A stretch of 32,190 bases of DNA from Deltaproteobacteria bacterium (GTDB lineage Bacteria; Desulfobacterota_D; UBA1144; Nemesobacterales; CSP1-2), in assembly GCA_016187835.1 (NCBI GenBank), contig JACPIY010000029.1, positions 1-32,190 of the forward strand. The letters are read 5' to 3'. Below, in pieces: positions 18,076 through 27,707 of this stretch. How positions within the stretch are numbered: the first letter of the stretch is position 1; each line of letters opens with the position of its first letter. A program made the translations under genes and the position numbers. A model generated the notes under the pieces. It was not told the origin of the DNA. It saw only the letters and a program-made list of their open reading frames with translations, and searched no databases.

Positions 18076-19695
18076 TCATTTGGTATTTGTGTTTTCATAC
18101 GGCTGAGTAACTACGTCGTCTTCGAGTAGTACATTTAAAACCTTTTTCTCAAATTCTTCTAAATCGGTTCTTCCAAGCTTTTTATATATTGAGATTAGAG
18201 CTATATGAATTTCGGGGTTAAAAGGGTTTATGGATATCGCTTGAGTATATGCTTCTTCTGCCTTATTTAAGTTTCCCTTTTCCAAGTAGATTTTCCCAAG
18301 ATTAGTGTAGGTTTCTATATATTCAGGATGTAACTCAAACAGAGGTGTTAGTCTTTCTTTTGCTTTATCGTATTCCCCATAAGCGCTTAGAGTTGAAGCC
18401 AGACGGTTTAGAATAATGGGCGATAGGGGGTCAAAGTGAAGCGCTTTTTCATATTCATAAGTTGCGGCTTTCAGCCTCCCCCTGGTTCTGAGCATGTCGC
18501 CGAGTCTTGTATAGTTTTTAGCCTGGGCATTGTCCAGTTCAACCAGGTCTTCGCTTTGGTCTTTGGACCCTGCTCTCTTTTCCTCAAATCTCAGTTCCTT
18601 TACTTTTACTTGGGGGGTTCTTTCTTTAAGGTTCCTCGATCTCAGGTCTCTTATCCATGTGTTGTAGAAGTCGGCAAAATTCTTTTTTGTAACCTCTTTT
18701 ATAGCCACCTTATAATCGTTTTTTTCTTTGATATTGTTAAGCAAATCCACAAGCGATTTATTCCCCCATTTTTTTACAAGAAAGTCCACAATCGTTCCGA
18801 CTTGCGCAAATGCAAGCTGGGCTTCATAGGCACTGCTTAGCTTTCCGAGGGATGGATGCATTTTCTCTATTGGAACGAGATTGTTTGCCTTAAGCGCCTT
18901 TGCAAGGAGGGTTTCGTAAAAAGGATTTATGACATTTCTCTTCTTTTCTTTCCATCTTTTTTCTTCAAATTTGGCAATACCTTCATGCAGCCACACAGGA
19001 ACGGTATTGCCGCTTTTAAGAAATATAAGATAATGGGTGTATTCATGTGCCAGTGTATCAAGCCACGTATAACCTTGAGGCAGAAGTCTTGGCGATAAGA
19101 TCATTATGCGGTTGAACTTGCAGATTCCTACTACCCCTGTGGTTTTTATATCATTTTCTGAAAGGGTAGAAGCGAGTGTAAAACTTTCAAGATTAGGATA
19201 TATCTCAACAACTACCGGCTCGCTGGGGTAGCTCTCTAAATCGAGCCCGATTTCATAGTAAACCCGTTCAAGCACGTCTTCTGCATAACTCACGAGAATT
19301 GAATCCTTTGAATGGGAGTATCTTATTATGAAATGCTCAGTTTTTACTTCTTCGAATCTTTCCCCATTCTTGGCGACCTTAATTATATAATCTAAAAAAC
19401 CACCGATTTCTTTATCCGCGGGAATTAGTGCATGCGACTTTTCTCCCAGCTCTCTCGCTTTAGTATAGTTGCTTTTATAAAACTCAACCTGAGACTTGAA
19501 AAAATAAGCAAGAGCTTTATCATCAGGACTTTCTGCGAGTTTTAAGATTCTATCCGCGGCTTGTGATGCTTCAGATACCTGCCCACTGAAAAGGTATTGT
19601 TTTCCGCTTTGTAGCTCTATTTCAAAGTCCGGTTCTTTAGCCAAAGCGTTTATACAGAGGGAGAAAAACGAAATTAGAAAGAGTAAACTTTTCAC
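18076..19695 (-). CDS. Secreted peptidase-MA-like (HExxH) domain protein with C-terminal TPR repeats
   Basis: Signal peptide MKSLLFLISFFSLCINALA. LAHEYTHYL...WLHEGIAKFEE gluzincin-like motif. C-terminal TPRs (AEEAYTQAISINPFNPEIH). In an operon with moxR. Confidence 0.7.
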   Translation of the reverse strand: MKSLLFLISFFSLCINALAKEPDFEIELQSGKQYLFSGQVSEASQAADRILKLAESPDDKALAYFFKSQVEFYKSNYTKARELGEKSHALIPADKEIGGFLDYIIKVAKNGERFEEVKTEHFIIRYSHSKDSILVSYAEDVLERVYYEIGLDLESYPSEPVVVEIYPNLESFTLASTLSENDIKTTGVVGICKFNRIMILSPRLLPQGYTWLDTLAHEYTHYLIFLKSGNTVPVWLHEGIAKFEEKRWKEKKRNVINPFYETLLAKALKANNLVPIEKMHPSLGKLSSAYEAQLAFAQVGTIVDFLVKKWGNKSLVDLLNNIKEKNDYKVAIKEVTKKNFADFYNTWIRDLRSRNLKERTPQVKVKELRFEEKRAGSKDQSEDLVELDNAQAKNYTRLGDMLRTRGRLKAATYEYEKALHFDPLSPIILNRLASTLSAYGEYDKAKERLTPLFELHPEYIETYTNLGKIYLEKGNLNKAEEAYTQAISINPFNPEIHIALISIYKKLGRTDLEEFEKKVLNVLLEDDVVTQPYENTNTK

Positions 19696-22600
19696 TTTAT
19701 TATCCTATCATAATATCTCTTATTAAGTTCGCTGTAGCCCTCGGGTGATCCCTCTTTTAAGGCTTTTAAAATACTCTCTTTAAATTCCTTTCCGATCTGT
19801 GATTCTTCAGGTGCCGGGATTTCTACGTAGCCTGTATCAACTCCCTGGGTGCCCTGTTGAAGTTGGTTGCCTAAAACTAGTGGAACAGGTAGTCCCGTTC
19901 CTTTTGCGCTAAGCTGGTATTTCTCGAGGAGTCCTTCGGTTTCTTCACGTGCCTTCTTGAGTGTTTTTATTGCCTCTTCCTGATTTGAGATCGCTTTAGA
20001 TATTTCGGTTTTTTTTAGATTGTCGTATGCGCCACGCATGAATCCCTTTGATTCACCCACTTTTTCTCCGATTTGGGGTATGAGTGAAGAATCGTCTTGA
20101 AATTCACCAATATCGTTCCCAAGTTGCGAGGTTTCTTTTTCAAGTTCATCCTGTCTTTTGGCAATCTGATATGATTGTCCATCTCTGGTTCCCCCTTGCA
20201 AAGCATTCTCAAGGTCTTGGCGAATCTCTCTGGCAAGTCCTTCGGATTTTCCTATCTCTCTATCCCCTTTTGCAATTTCCCAAAACAGTTTACTTAGGTT
20301 TTTAAGTCCTATGGTGTCTTCTTCAACCTCTTTTGCACGTTTCAGGGCTTCCTCAAACTCTAATGCTTGAAGCCAATGCTCCAGCTCATCGGTTTTGCGA
20401 AGTGCTCTGTCAATAAGAAAAGAGCCTTCTATGATTTCACTTTCAGGAATATCTGGAGAAACCTTTGCCTTGGTTTCCGAAAGCATGTTTTTTAATTGCT
20501 CGATTTTCTTTCTTTCTCTTTCTAGAAAATCAGACAGGTTTTCTTTTTTGGGCGGAGATTTGAGGAATGATTCTTTAAGATTTTCGGTTCTTCCTTTAAG
20601 GTTTGTCTGCTCCTTTTCAATGCTTCCAATTCTTGAGATTATCTCGTTTAATCTATTAATTTCCTTTGAAAGCGAAGCAGAGCTAAATGACTGAAAACCG
20701 CTTTCGAGTGAAGCGATCATACTTTGAAGACCCGTTTTAAGACTTGAAAGCAAATCTACGGCTTCGTCAATTTTTCCCCGCTCTGCAAGCTTCATAATTT
20801 CATCGAGCTTTCCCTGTAAGTCAATGGACTCAAATGCATCAGGATTTAAAAATCCGTCGTAGATGTCTCCGCTTATAGAACTTAGCTTCTCCGTTAACTC
20901 AGACATCAGGCTTCTTAGCTCTTCTATCTTTTTGGCTATTTCTTTTCTCGTTGTTTCATCTCCGTTTTGCTTTAGCTTCTCGAGTAGCTCTGAAAGCTCA
21001 TTGTATTTACTGAGCGTATCTTTTCCGTAAAGCAGAGATTCTCTCAGCTTTTCTCCTTTAAGCATTGAGTCCAAGAATAATATGTCATCCTCAAATTCAT
21101 TTATTTCTTTTGTTATAAGACTATCTAGTCTTGGTAAATCAGTTATCAAAAATGAAGGAATTAAATCATGACGTTCATCCAGCAAATCCTGAATCCTTAT
21201 CTTCATACCGGAAAGTTCCAGGAAATAGGTATAGTCTGAAAAATCGTCGTTTCTCATTTTCCCAACTATTTTGTCTAGGGAGCTTAGAGATCTTTCAATC
21301 TTACTCGTTAAATCTTCCTGTATGCTTTTTGTCATGCTGATATTTATCTTGCTGTAATCAGATTGATTCTCGCTTTGCCCAGGTGTCTGATCGCCATCCG
21401 AATTTTGATCTGAATTTAAAGGCCAATTTCCGAATCTTGCATTTTCGACTTCGTCCCCAAGTATATCCAAGAATTCATCTAAAAGCTTTTCTGCTATTAT
21501 TAATATGTCTTCATGTTTTTTTCTCGGGTTCTTGAACTTAACTTTAATTACGTTTGAAACCCCGATCTTAGGACCGGATACTGTATCGTTGTCATACGCC
21601 TTTATTCTTACCTCTAAAGTTTCACCCGGATCAGAGTCAACTGAACCAAGCTCCCATAGAAACTTACCTTCAAGAAATTTTAACTCTTCCTTTGTTTGCT
21701 TTATCAACCTGCTTGACTCGCCTTTCTTTGTATTCCAAGCAAGCATTAGTTTCGTAATTCCGAAATCGTCGTCCGCTCTGTAGTTAACCTCGAGTTTTTC
21801 TCCGCCATCAATTTCTATTACATCTCCACCGGGATGTTCAATATTTACTCTTGGATTTTTGTCTTCCTCCATAGTGATTTTAAAAACCCTTGACCTATAT
21901 TTTCCGCTCTTATCTTCAACAAAAAAACTCCCGCTCGAGAGTATTCTGAACTCCGCCTTAATTTTCCCTTTTTCAGAGTTTACAGGAATGACATGCCCTT
22001 TCTCAATGACGAGATTCCCTCTATCTAGAAGCTTCAGGGGAGTTGCTTCAAATGCAACATTGGTTCCCTTTATAGCTTTTATATCTCCTGTGCTTCCCTT
22101 TATTTCCTGAGGAGGAATCTCAGTGTAATCGGGGTAGTTGTAATTTACTTTAATATCCGCAAGTTCAAGGAGATAGGGCTCTGTTGGTGGGAAGATTTTA
22201 GTGCTGAATAAAAAACTATGGAACTCTCTTGGTGAAAATATCAAAGAGGTTAGGGATAAAACAAAAACGGCGGCGATCGCCTTCGAGTAACTCCTTATTT
22301 TCTCTTTAGGAACGGCCGGAGATAAATCAAGCGATTCAATCCTACTAGCAACTTTGTCTATATGCGCACTGACAAGGGGCTTCGAAACGCCTAGTTTTTT
22401 CACGCTTTGAGTCTCCGCCATAAGAAGGGCGGCGTTTAATGTGTCTTCTCCCAGACCCGGAGAAACTCTCTCAAGCTCCTTTGCCAGTTCCGTTTTTCTC
22501 TCCTTTTTTAATATGGGAGGAAGCAGGAACTTTACAAACCCGAAAAACAAAGCCGCTATAGCTAAGGTTTTTAGGATAGAGAAATAAAGATTATTTGAGT

Positions 22601-22778
22601 AAATATGGGCAAAAAGAGAGATTAATCCCAGAGATGCACATAGAACCAATAAAAATTCTATCGTGCCATTTGTTAAACAAACCCTTTTTCGTTTCTTTTC
22701 TAGGCTTCTTAGAACTTTATCTAGAATCGCTTCTGAACCGGTATTCATCAAATAAAATAGTACCGCAGAGTTAGGCAA
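19692..22778 (-). CDS. Large membrane-anchored coiled-coil protein (1028 aa), first gene of the MoxR operon; BatD/DUF4175-like is possible
   Basis: Three N-terminal TM helices, then a long charged coiled-coil region with K/E-rich heptads. 4-nt overlap with the downstream gene. Confidence 0.6.
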   Translation of the reverse strand: MPNSAVLFYLMNTGSEAILDKVLRSLEKKRKRVCLTNGTIEFLLVLCASLGLISLFAHIYSNNLYFSILKTLAIAALFFGFVKFLLPPILKKERKTELAKELERVSPGLGEDTLNAALLMAETQSVKKLGVSKPLVSAHIDKVASRIESLDLSPAVPKEKIRSYSKAIAAVFVLSLTSLIFSPREFHSFLFSTKIFPPTEPYLLELADIKVNYNYPDYTEIPPQEIKGSTGDIKAIKGTNVAFEATPLKLLDRGNLVIEKGHVIPVNSEKGKIKAEFRILSSGSFFVEDKSGKYRSRVFKITMEEDKNPRVNIEHPGGDVIEIDGGEKLEVNYRADDDFGITKLMLAWNTKKGESSRLIKQTKEELKFLEGKFLWELGSVDSDPGETLEVRIKAYDNDTVSGPKIGVSNVIKVKFKNPRKKHEDILIIAEKLLDEFLDILGDEVENARFGNWPLNSDQNSDGDQTPGQSENQSDYSKINISMTKSIQEDLTSKIERSLSSLDKIVGKMRNDDFSDYTYFLELSGMKIRIQDLLDERHDLIPSFLITDLPRLDSLITKEINEFEDDILFLDSMLKGEKLRESLLYGKDTLSKYNELSELLEKLKQNGDETTRKEIAKKIEELRSLMSELTEKLSSISGDIYDGFLNPDAFESIDLQGKLDEIMKLAERGKIDEAVDLLSSLKTGLQSMIASLESGFQSFSSASLSKEINRLNEIISRIGSIEKEQTNLKGRTENLKESFLKSPPKKENLSDFLERERKKIEQLKNMLSETKAKVSPDIPESEIIEGSFLIDRALRKTDELEHWLQALEFEEALKRAKEVEEDTIGLKNLSKLFWEIAKGDREIGKSEGLAREIRQDLENALQGGTRDGQSYQIAKRQDELEKETSQLGNDIGEFQDDSSLIPQIGEKVGESKGFMRGAYDNLKKTEISKAISNQEEAIKTLKKAREETEGLLEKYQLSAKGTGLPVPLVLGNQLQQGTQGVDTGYVEIPAPEESQIGKEFKESILKALKEGSPEGYSELNKRYYDRIIK

Positions 22779-22870
22779 AAAGGAAACAAATTCGTGACAT
22801 TTATTAACCTTATGCTATCATTATTGGTTAAAAAGAAGACTCTAGCTTTTCAAAAAAATGGGAAAAATCA

Positions 22871-23296
22871 ATGGCATATAAAATCCTTCTTACAAAAAGA
22901 GTTGATTTTGCCGCTTCTCATCGGTATTGGAACCAAGAATGGAGTGAAGCAGAAAACAAAGCAGTCTTTGGCAAATGCACAAGTCCTTACGGCCATGGGC
23001 ACAACTATATACTTGAAGTCACCCTTGAAGGGGAGGTTGACCCGGATACGGGTATGATAATAAACCTATACGATTTGAAACCAATATTAAGCGATGTCTT
23101 GAAGGATTTCGATCACAAGTACCTAAACGAAGACAATCCCGAATTTAAAGATTTAATTCCCACTACTGAAAATATCGCGAGGGTTTTGTGGGATTCCCTC
23201 GAGAAAAAACTTGGAGAGGATACAAACTGCAGGCTCTACAGAATAAGGCTTTATGAGACCCCGGATTTATATGTGGATTATTGGAGGGAGCGATGA
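22871..23296 (+). CDS. 6-pyruvoyl-tetrahydropterin synthase family protein (paralog 1)
   Basis: FGKCTSPYGHGHNY (C-x5-HGH active site) and a PTPS fold-length protein. Confidence 0.85.
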   Translation: MAYKILLTKRVDFAASHRYWNQEWSEAENKAVFGKCTSPYGHGHNYILEVTLEGEVDPDTGMIINLYDLKPILSDVLKDFDHKYLNEDNPEFKDLIPTTENIARVLWDSLEKKLGEDTNCRLYRIRLYETPDLYVDYWRER

Positions 23297-23715
23297 TAAA
23301 TGAGATATGCACCTTAACCAGAATTTATCATTTCTCTGCCGCTCACAGGCTGCATTCAGAGAAATATTCTGAGGAGGAAAATCAGCGAATTTTTGGTAAA
23401 TGTAATAATGCTAAAGGGCATGGACACGATTACTATATTGAGGTTAAGGTAACAGGAGATATTAACCCCGAAACGGGAATGGTGATAAACCTAAGTGAAC
23501 TGGATCAAATCATGAAAGATGTTATAGACGAGCTTGACCATACAAGACTTGATATTGAAATCCCATTTTTTAGAGAGTTTCAGCCTTCTGGCGAAAACAT
23601 AGTGAAATATATATGGCTAAAGCTTCAGCCCAAGATGAAGGTAGCAAGACTTTATCATCTAAAACTGTGGGAGACGCCGGATAACTATTTCGAGTATTTT
23701 GAGGAGGGAGAATAG
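23293..23715 (+). CDS. 6-pyruvoyl-tetrahydropterin synthase, eukaryote-like (paralog 2)
   Basis: [39 protein letters not shown] closely resembles animal PTPS (GKCNNPNGHGHNY...PATGMVMNLADL). Start ATG 23293 overlaps the upstream stop (ATGA) with GGAGGGAG SD; the track ORF starts at 23281. Confidence 0.85.
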   Translation: MINEICTLTRIYHFSAAHRLHSEKYSEEENQRIFGKCNNAKGHGHDYYIEVKVTGDINPETGMVINLSELDQIMKDVIDELDHTRLDIEIPFFREFQPSGENIVKYIWLKLQPKMKVARLYHLKLWETPDNYFEYFEEGE

Positions 23716-23720
23716 GTAAC

Positions 23721-24272
23721 ATGAGCATCGAAAGTGCTGTAAGAGAAATTCTTTTTGAGATTGGAGAGAATCCGGATCGGCAGGGGCTCAAGGATACTCC
23801 CAACAGAATCTCAAGGATGTATAAGGAACTAACATCGGGCTATGGTGTATCGCCTAGGGAATTGGTTAATGGTGCGATTTTTGATGAAAAATACGATGAA
23901 ATGGTGATTGTTAGGGACATAGAGTTTTATAGTCTCTGTGAGCATCATCTGCTTCCTTTTTTCGGTAAATGTCATGTGGCATATATTCCAAACGGAAAGA
24001 TAATCGGGCTTAGCAAAATCCCAAGAATTGTTGAGGTGTTCTCCCGCAGGCTACAGGTTCAGGAGAGGATGACAGTTCAGGTCGCCGATTTTCTTGGCGA
24101 TATTCTAAATCCAGAAGGAGTAGCGGTTGTTGCCGAGGCGTATCACCTATGTATGGCAATGAGGGGGGTTAAAAAGGCAGAAGCTAACATGCTAACCAGT
24201 TCAATGCGGGGAGTTTTTAAAGACGACGAAAGAACAAGGGCGGAGTTTCTAAGACTCATAGGAAAACATTGA
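23721..24272 (+). CDS. folE: GTP cyclohydrolase I
   Basis: [18 protein letters not shown] and [16 protein letters not shown] conserved FolE motifs. Confidence 0.9.
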   Translation: MSIESAVREILFEIGENPDRQGLKDTPNRISRMYKELTSGYGVSPRELVNGAIFDEKYDEMVIVRDIEFYSLCEHHLLPFFGKCHVAYIPNGKIIGLSKIPRIVEVFSRRLQVQERMTVQVADFLGDILNPEGVAVVAEAYHLCMAMRGVKKAEANMLTSSMRGVFKDDERTRAEFLRLIGKH

Positions 24273-24349
24273 CAAAAAATGTAGGGGCGATCCCCCCGTG
24301 TTCGTCCTGCTTTGTATTCCCCCTGAGATCAGCTTTTAGGAAAGCACTG

Positions 24350-25054
24350 ATGAAAGGTGAAGTAGTCGTTATAACCGGAGCCGGAAAAGGAATGGGAAAA
24401 GAGATCGCTCTTGAGTTTGCTAAAGAAGGGGCTTTTATCGCAATCTGCGCCAGAACACCTGAAGGTATTAAACAAACTGAAAGGGAAGTAAAAGAACAAG
24501 GAGGAGAGACGTTAGCTGTAATCTGCGATGTCGGAGATGAAAGGGAGGTTGAGAGATTTATCCAAAACGCATCCGAAATAAGCGGAAAAATAAACGTCCT
24601 CGTTAATAACGCTGGGGTTGTCTTTGTGGGGCCTGTATCTCATTTTGATACTTCCAAATGGGAACAGACACTTAGAGTAAATCTTACCGGCGCTTTTCTC
24701 CTTACCAAGCACGCACTTAAATTTATGGATGAAGGAAGCCATATATTTAATATAGCCTCAAACGCCGCTAAGATTGGGTTTCCTAATTGGTCCGCGTATT
24801 GCGCATCAAAATTCGGGCTTCTCGGATTTACAAATTCGCTCAGAGAAGAGCTAAGGGGAAGAGGAATAAAGGTTACTGCTATAATCCCCGGTCCCACCGA
24901 TACGCCACTATGGGATGAAATTCCTGGAAATTGGGATAAAAAAAAGATGATAAAAGCCAGAGATATTGCTAGGATGGTAGTTAATGTATACAAACAACCT
25001 AAAGGAACCCTTACGGAAGAAGTTGTTATGATGCCGATAGGAGGAGCGTTATGA
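24350..25054 (+). CDS. Short-chain dehydrogenase (sepiapterin/pteridine reductase-like by context)
   Basis: VVITGAGKGMGKEIA Rossmann motif, YCASK catalytic YxxxK. Start taken at ATG 24350 (MKGEVVV); the track ORF extends to 24269. Confidence 0.75.
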   Translation: MKGEVVVITGAGKGMGKEIALEFAKEGAFIAICARTPEGIKQTEREVKEQGGETLAVICDVGDEREVERFIQNASEISGKINVLVNNAGVVFVGPVSHFDTSKWEQTLRVNLTGAFLLTKHALKFMDEGSHIFNIASNAAKIGFPNWSAYCASKFGLLGFTNSLREELRGRGIKVTAIIPGPTDTPLWDEIPGNWDKKKMIKARDIARMVVNVYKQPKGTLTEEVVMMPIGGAL

Positions 25055-25226
25055 AAAACAAACCCCAAATACCAAATCACAAATCTCAAATGAAAGGAAT
25101 TTGCCTTATTGTTGTTATTTGAAATTTGGTAATTGTGGTTTGCCATTATTGTTTGGGATTTGGTGCTTGAGATTTGGAGTTTGTAGTTCCATTTGTGGCT
25201 AGATATTAACAAAAAGGAAAAACAAA
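25055..25226. repeat. ACCAAAT-rich repeat family C, copy 2, arranged as a long imperfect inverted repeat
   Basis: Forward half aaccccaaataccaaatcacaaatctcaaatg; reverse-complement half atttggtgcttgagatttggagtttg (contains the RC of caagcaccaaat). Confidence 0.55.
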
Positions 25227-25871
25227 ATGAGCCAAGCAAACGGAAAGAAACAAATCGTAAGCCCAACGGTTACCCACTCAAGAAGAATTCCTCCGGGGCA
25301 GGTTACAACTCAGAAATTCCCGGTTTATGACATTGGCCCAAGAGCGATCTTTAACAAGGGAAAATGGCGCTTTGTGATCAGTGAAAAAGTTAGATAAGAA
25401 AGAATGCTTACCTGGGACGATTTTATGAATCTTCCACGAATAGAGGTAGTTGCGGATTTTCACTGTGTCACCAGGTGGTCAAAGCAAAATATGCTCTGGG
25501 AAGGGGTGAGGACAAAAACTATATATGATTTGGTTGAGCCCGATTCCTATGCAAAATACTTGATGATTCACTGTATGGAAGGATATACAACAAACGTTCC
25601 AATTGAGGATTTTTTAAAAGAAGACTGTCTTTTTGCTTGCAATCTTAACGGCAAACCGCTTGAACCTGAGCACGGGTTTCCTTTACGCCATGTTATACCA
25701 CAGCTTTACGCCTGGAAAAGTGCCAAGTATGTTTATGGAGTGGAGTTCATGCTCGAAGATGAACCAGGCTATTGGGAACTTAGAGGCTATCATATTCATG
25801 GCGATCCCTGGAAGGAAGAAAGATTTTGGGATGATGAAATGAAGGTCTGGGAGATAAGAAAAAAGAAATGA
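25227..25871 (+). pseudogene. Sulfite-oxidase-family molybdopterin-binding domain protein (YedY/MsrP-like small form) interrupted by in-frame TAA at 25395..25397
   Basis: ATG 25227 encodes ...FPVYDIGPRAIFNKGKWRFVISEKVR, then TAA, then in the same frame ERMLTWDDFMNLPRIEVVADFHCVTRWS (hallmark HCVTxWS motif). The two halves together form one canonical domain. Confidence 0.65.
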
Positions 25872-26062
25872 TGATGCAAATAGTCGTAGTTGGACTTAGC
25901 TATAAAAATACTCTGGTTGAAATAAGAGAGAAGTTTTCTTTTATTCAGCCAACTCTTGAAATTGGGTTTGCTGAGTTACACAAGAAAGGGAACATTGAAG
26001 TGTGCTTGCTTTCTACCTGCAACCGCAACAATCTATTTGTTTATAAAGGAATACAAACGTGA
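25868..26062 (+). pseudogene. hemA: Truncated glutamyl-tRNA reductase (hemA) N-terminal fragment
   Basis: MMMQIVVVGLSYKNTLVEIREKFSF...CLLSTCNRNNLF matches the HemA N-terminus (including the catalytic-Cys STCNR motif). It stops after 64 aa. The downstream ~700 nt has no ORFs. Confidence 0.6.
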
Positions 26063-26798
26063 ATGAGAAGGCAGAGCCAGACCTAAGGTTAGTCTCTTAA
26101 CTCCACCCAAAACGATATACCTAACACACATAGCACCAAACTAGCGAAGAAGGCTACCTATAATACCCTGTATCTATTTCAACGGTAAATATGCCGGGGT
26201 AGTCTTGGACGTACCTTCAAACAGACTACTTGCTGTTATTGTAATCTCCTAATGTGTATTACCAAAAGTTTGATCTTTTATCTCTCTTATCTTTCTTAGC
26301 ACAGGCATTATGTATTTTTTGAACGTCTCCTGATTCTCAAGTCGTAGGCAATCACCCTAAAATTTTGAGTTATGTCAGGGTTTTCTAATATGTATCTCCA
26401 TTGGTGATTATGGCAACCCGCGGTGTGCTGGCAAACTAGGGGAATGCCTTCATAGTTTTCTAAGAAGAAGACCTTATATTCTATACCTCCTACATCAACA
26501 TAACGTGACGGGCAGTGTTTCCCGTACTAATACCCAAGATGCGTCTTCTGATGCTAATTCATTAAGAGTTGCCATCTTTAAATTAATTTAGACCTGTTCT
26601 GAAAGGCACTAGAGAGAGAAGATGAAGTTCTCCAGTGCCTTTCAGCAAAAGGGTATCTAAAGTCCTCGCAGTGTATCTCAACTATCCGAAATACACCCTC
26701 AGATGGAGGAAGCTCAGGTATGGATGCTTCCAATGACTTACGTACTGATTCAGCATCTTTACCATCCCACTCACAGAAGACTTTGTACAGAATCCAGT

Positions 26799-27212
26799 TT
26801 AAATTTCATATTCTCCTTCCCAATCTATCCTAACCTCTGTAGGAGAAATCATATGTCCTTTTACTGTACCTTTACCTTTTATACCTTTGAATTTGCCATT
26901 TCCACCATCAAGTATCCATGTTCCCTCTACCTTGACCTGTCCACCTGAGTTAAATGTTTTACCCTCAATCCTACCCCAATCTCTATCTCCATCTTTATCT
27001 ATGTTGGTGTAGTATGCGTGGTATGTACTTTTATCTCCAATAATATCCGACATGTTCCAATAAGTGATAACAGCACCCTTCCATTTACCGTCTGAACAAT
27101 CCTGTATCCCTGATACCTCCGCCAGATTTAGCTCATGGTTAGCCATATGTGGCAAAGATACGTTAGTTTGCCAATTCACTTTTCCAGTGAATCCTCCGGA
27201 AAACTTAGTCAT
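26799..27212 (-). CDS. Hypothetical small protein (137 aa)
   Basis: ATG 27212 (MTKFSGGFTGKVNWQ...) has AAGGAGGG SD 8 nt upstream. No recognisable motif; Gly/Lys-rich C-terminal half. Confidence 0.5.
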   Translation of the reverse strand: MTKFSGGFTGKVNWQTNVSLPHMANHELNLAEVSGIQDCSDGKWKGAVITYWNMSDIIGDKSTYHAYYTNIDKDGDRDWGRIEGKTFNSGGQVKVEGTWILDGGNGKFKGIKGKGTVKGHMISPTEVRIDWEGEYEI

Positions 27213-27707
27213 TTTTAGTTCCCTCCTTTTTGATATGTTTGTACTTATCGCAAGCGTTGTGCCAAGATTGAAAAAAATTGAAGGATTTAGAGATGAGCTA
27301 AGATAAAATGTACCAAATACAGCCAATTAAACAGTTTTACAACAGGGATTTTGTATCCTTGGCGATGTCTGGTTTGAGTACCAATAGTGTAAACTATTGT
27401 TTACATATTTTTATCCTTAGAGTTGACTCTCGCTATAACTACCTAAAAACATTGGACTTCTGTTGTGTAAACAAAAGTTTCGGACTAAAAGACAAACCAT
27501 CAACTAAAGTTGACACTTTTCAATAACTAGAAATCTCTGATTGTTAATATCTCAATTGGTAACTATTCAGCTACTGATTAAAGGTTCGAAGGAATTTATA
27601 GATAATATATCTCGTGCTTGTTCTGCATCTTGCTTTAAGGAAATACATCTTTTAGCTGCCACGGACGGCAGCTATTTTCAATATTTATTTAGGTTTAATA
27701 ATGGCGA

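Noticed and set aside
20015-22110. Several 70-99-aa plus-strand ORFs antisense to the 1028-aa membrane protein gene
   Set aside because: All lie within and antisense to a long, uninterrupted gene. No SD or motif support.
24512-25266. 208-aa and 76-aa minus-strand ORFs overlapping the pterin-cluster SDR and repeat C2
   Set aside because: Antisense to a motif-supported SDR. Runs through low-complexity AT-rich repeat sequence.
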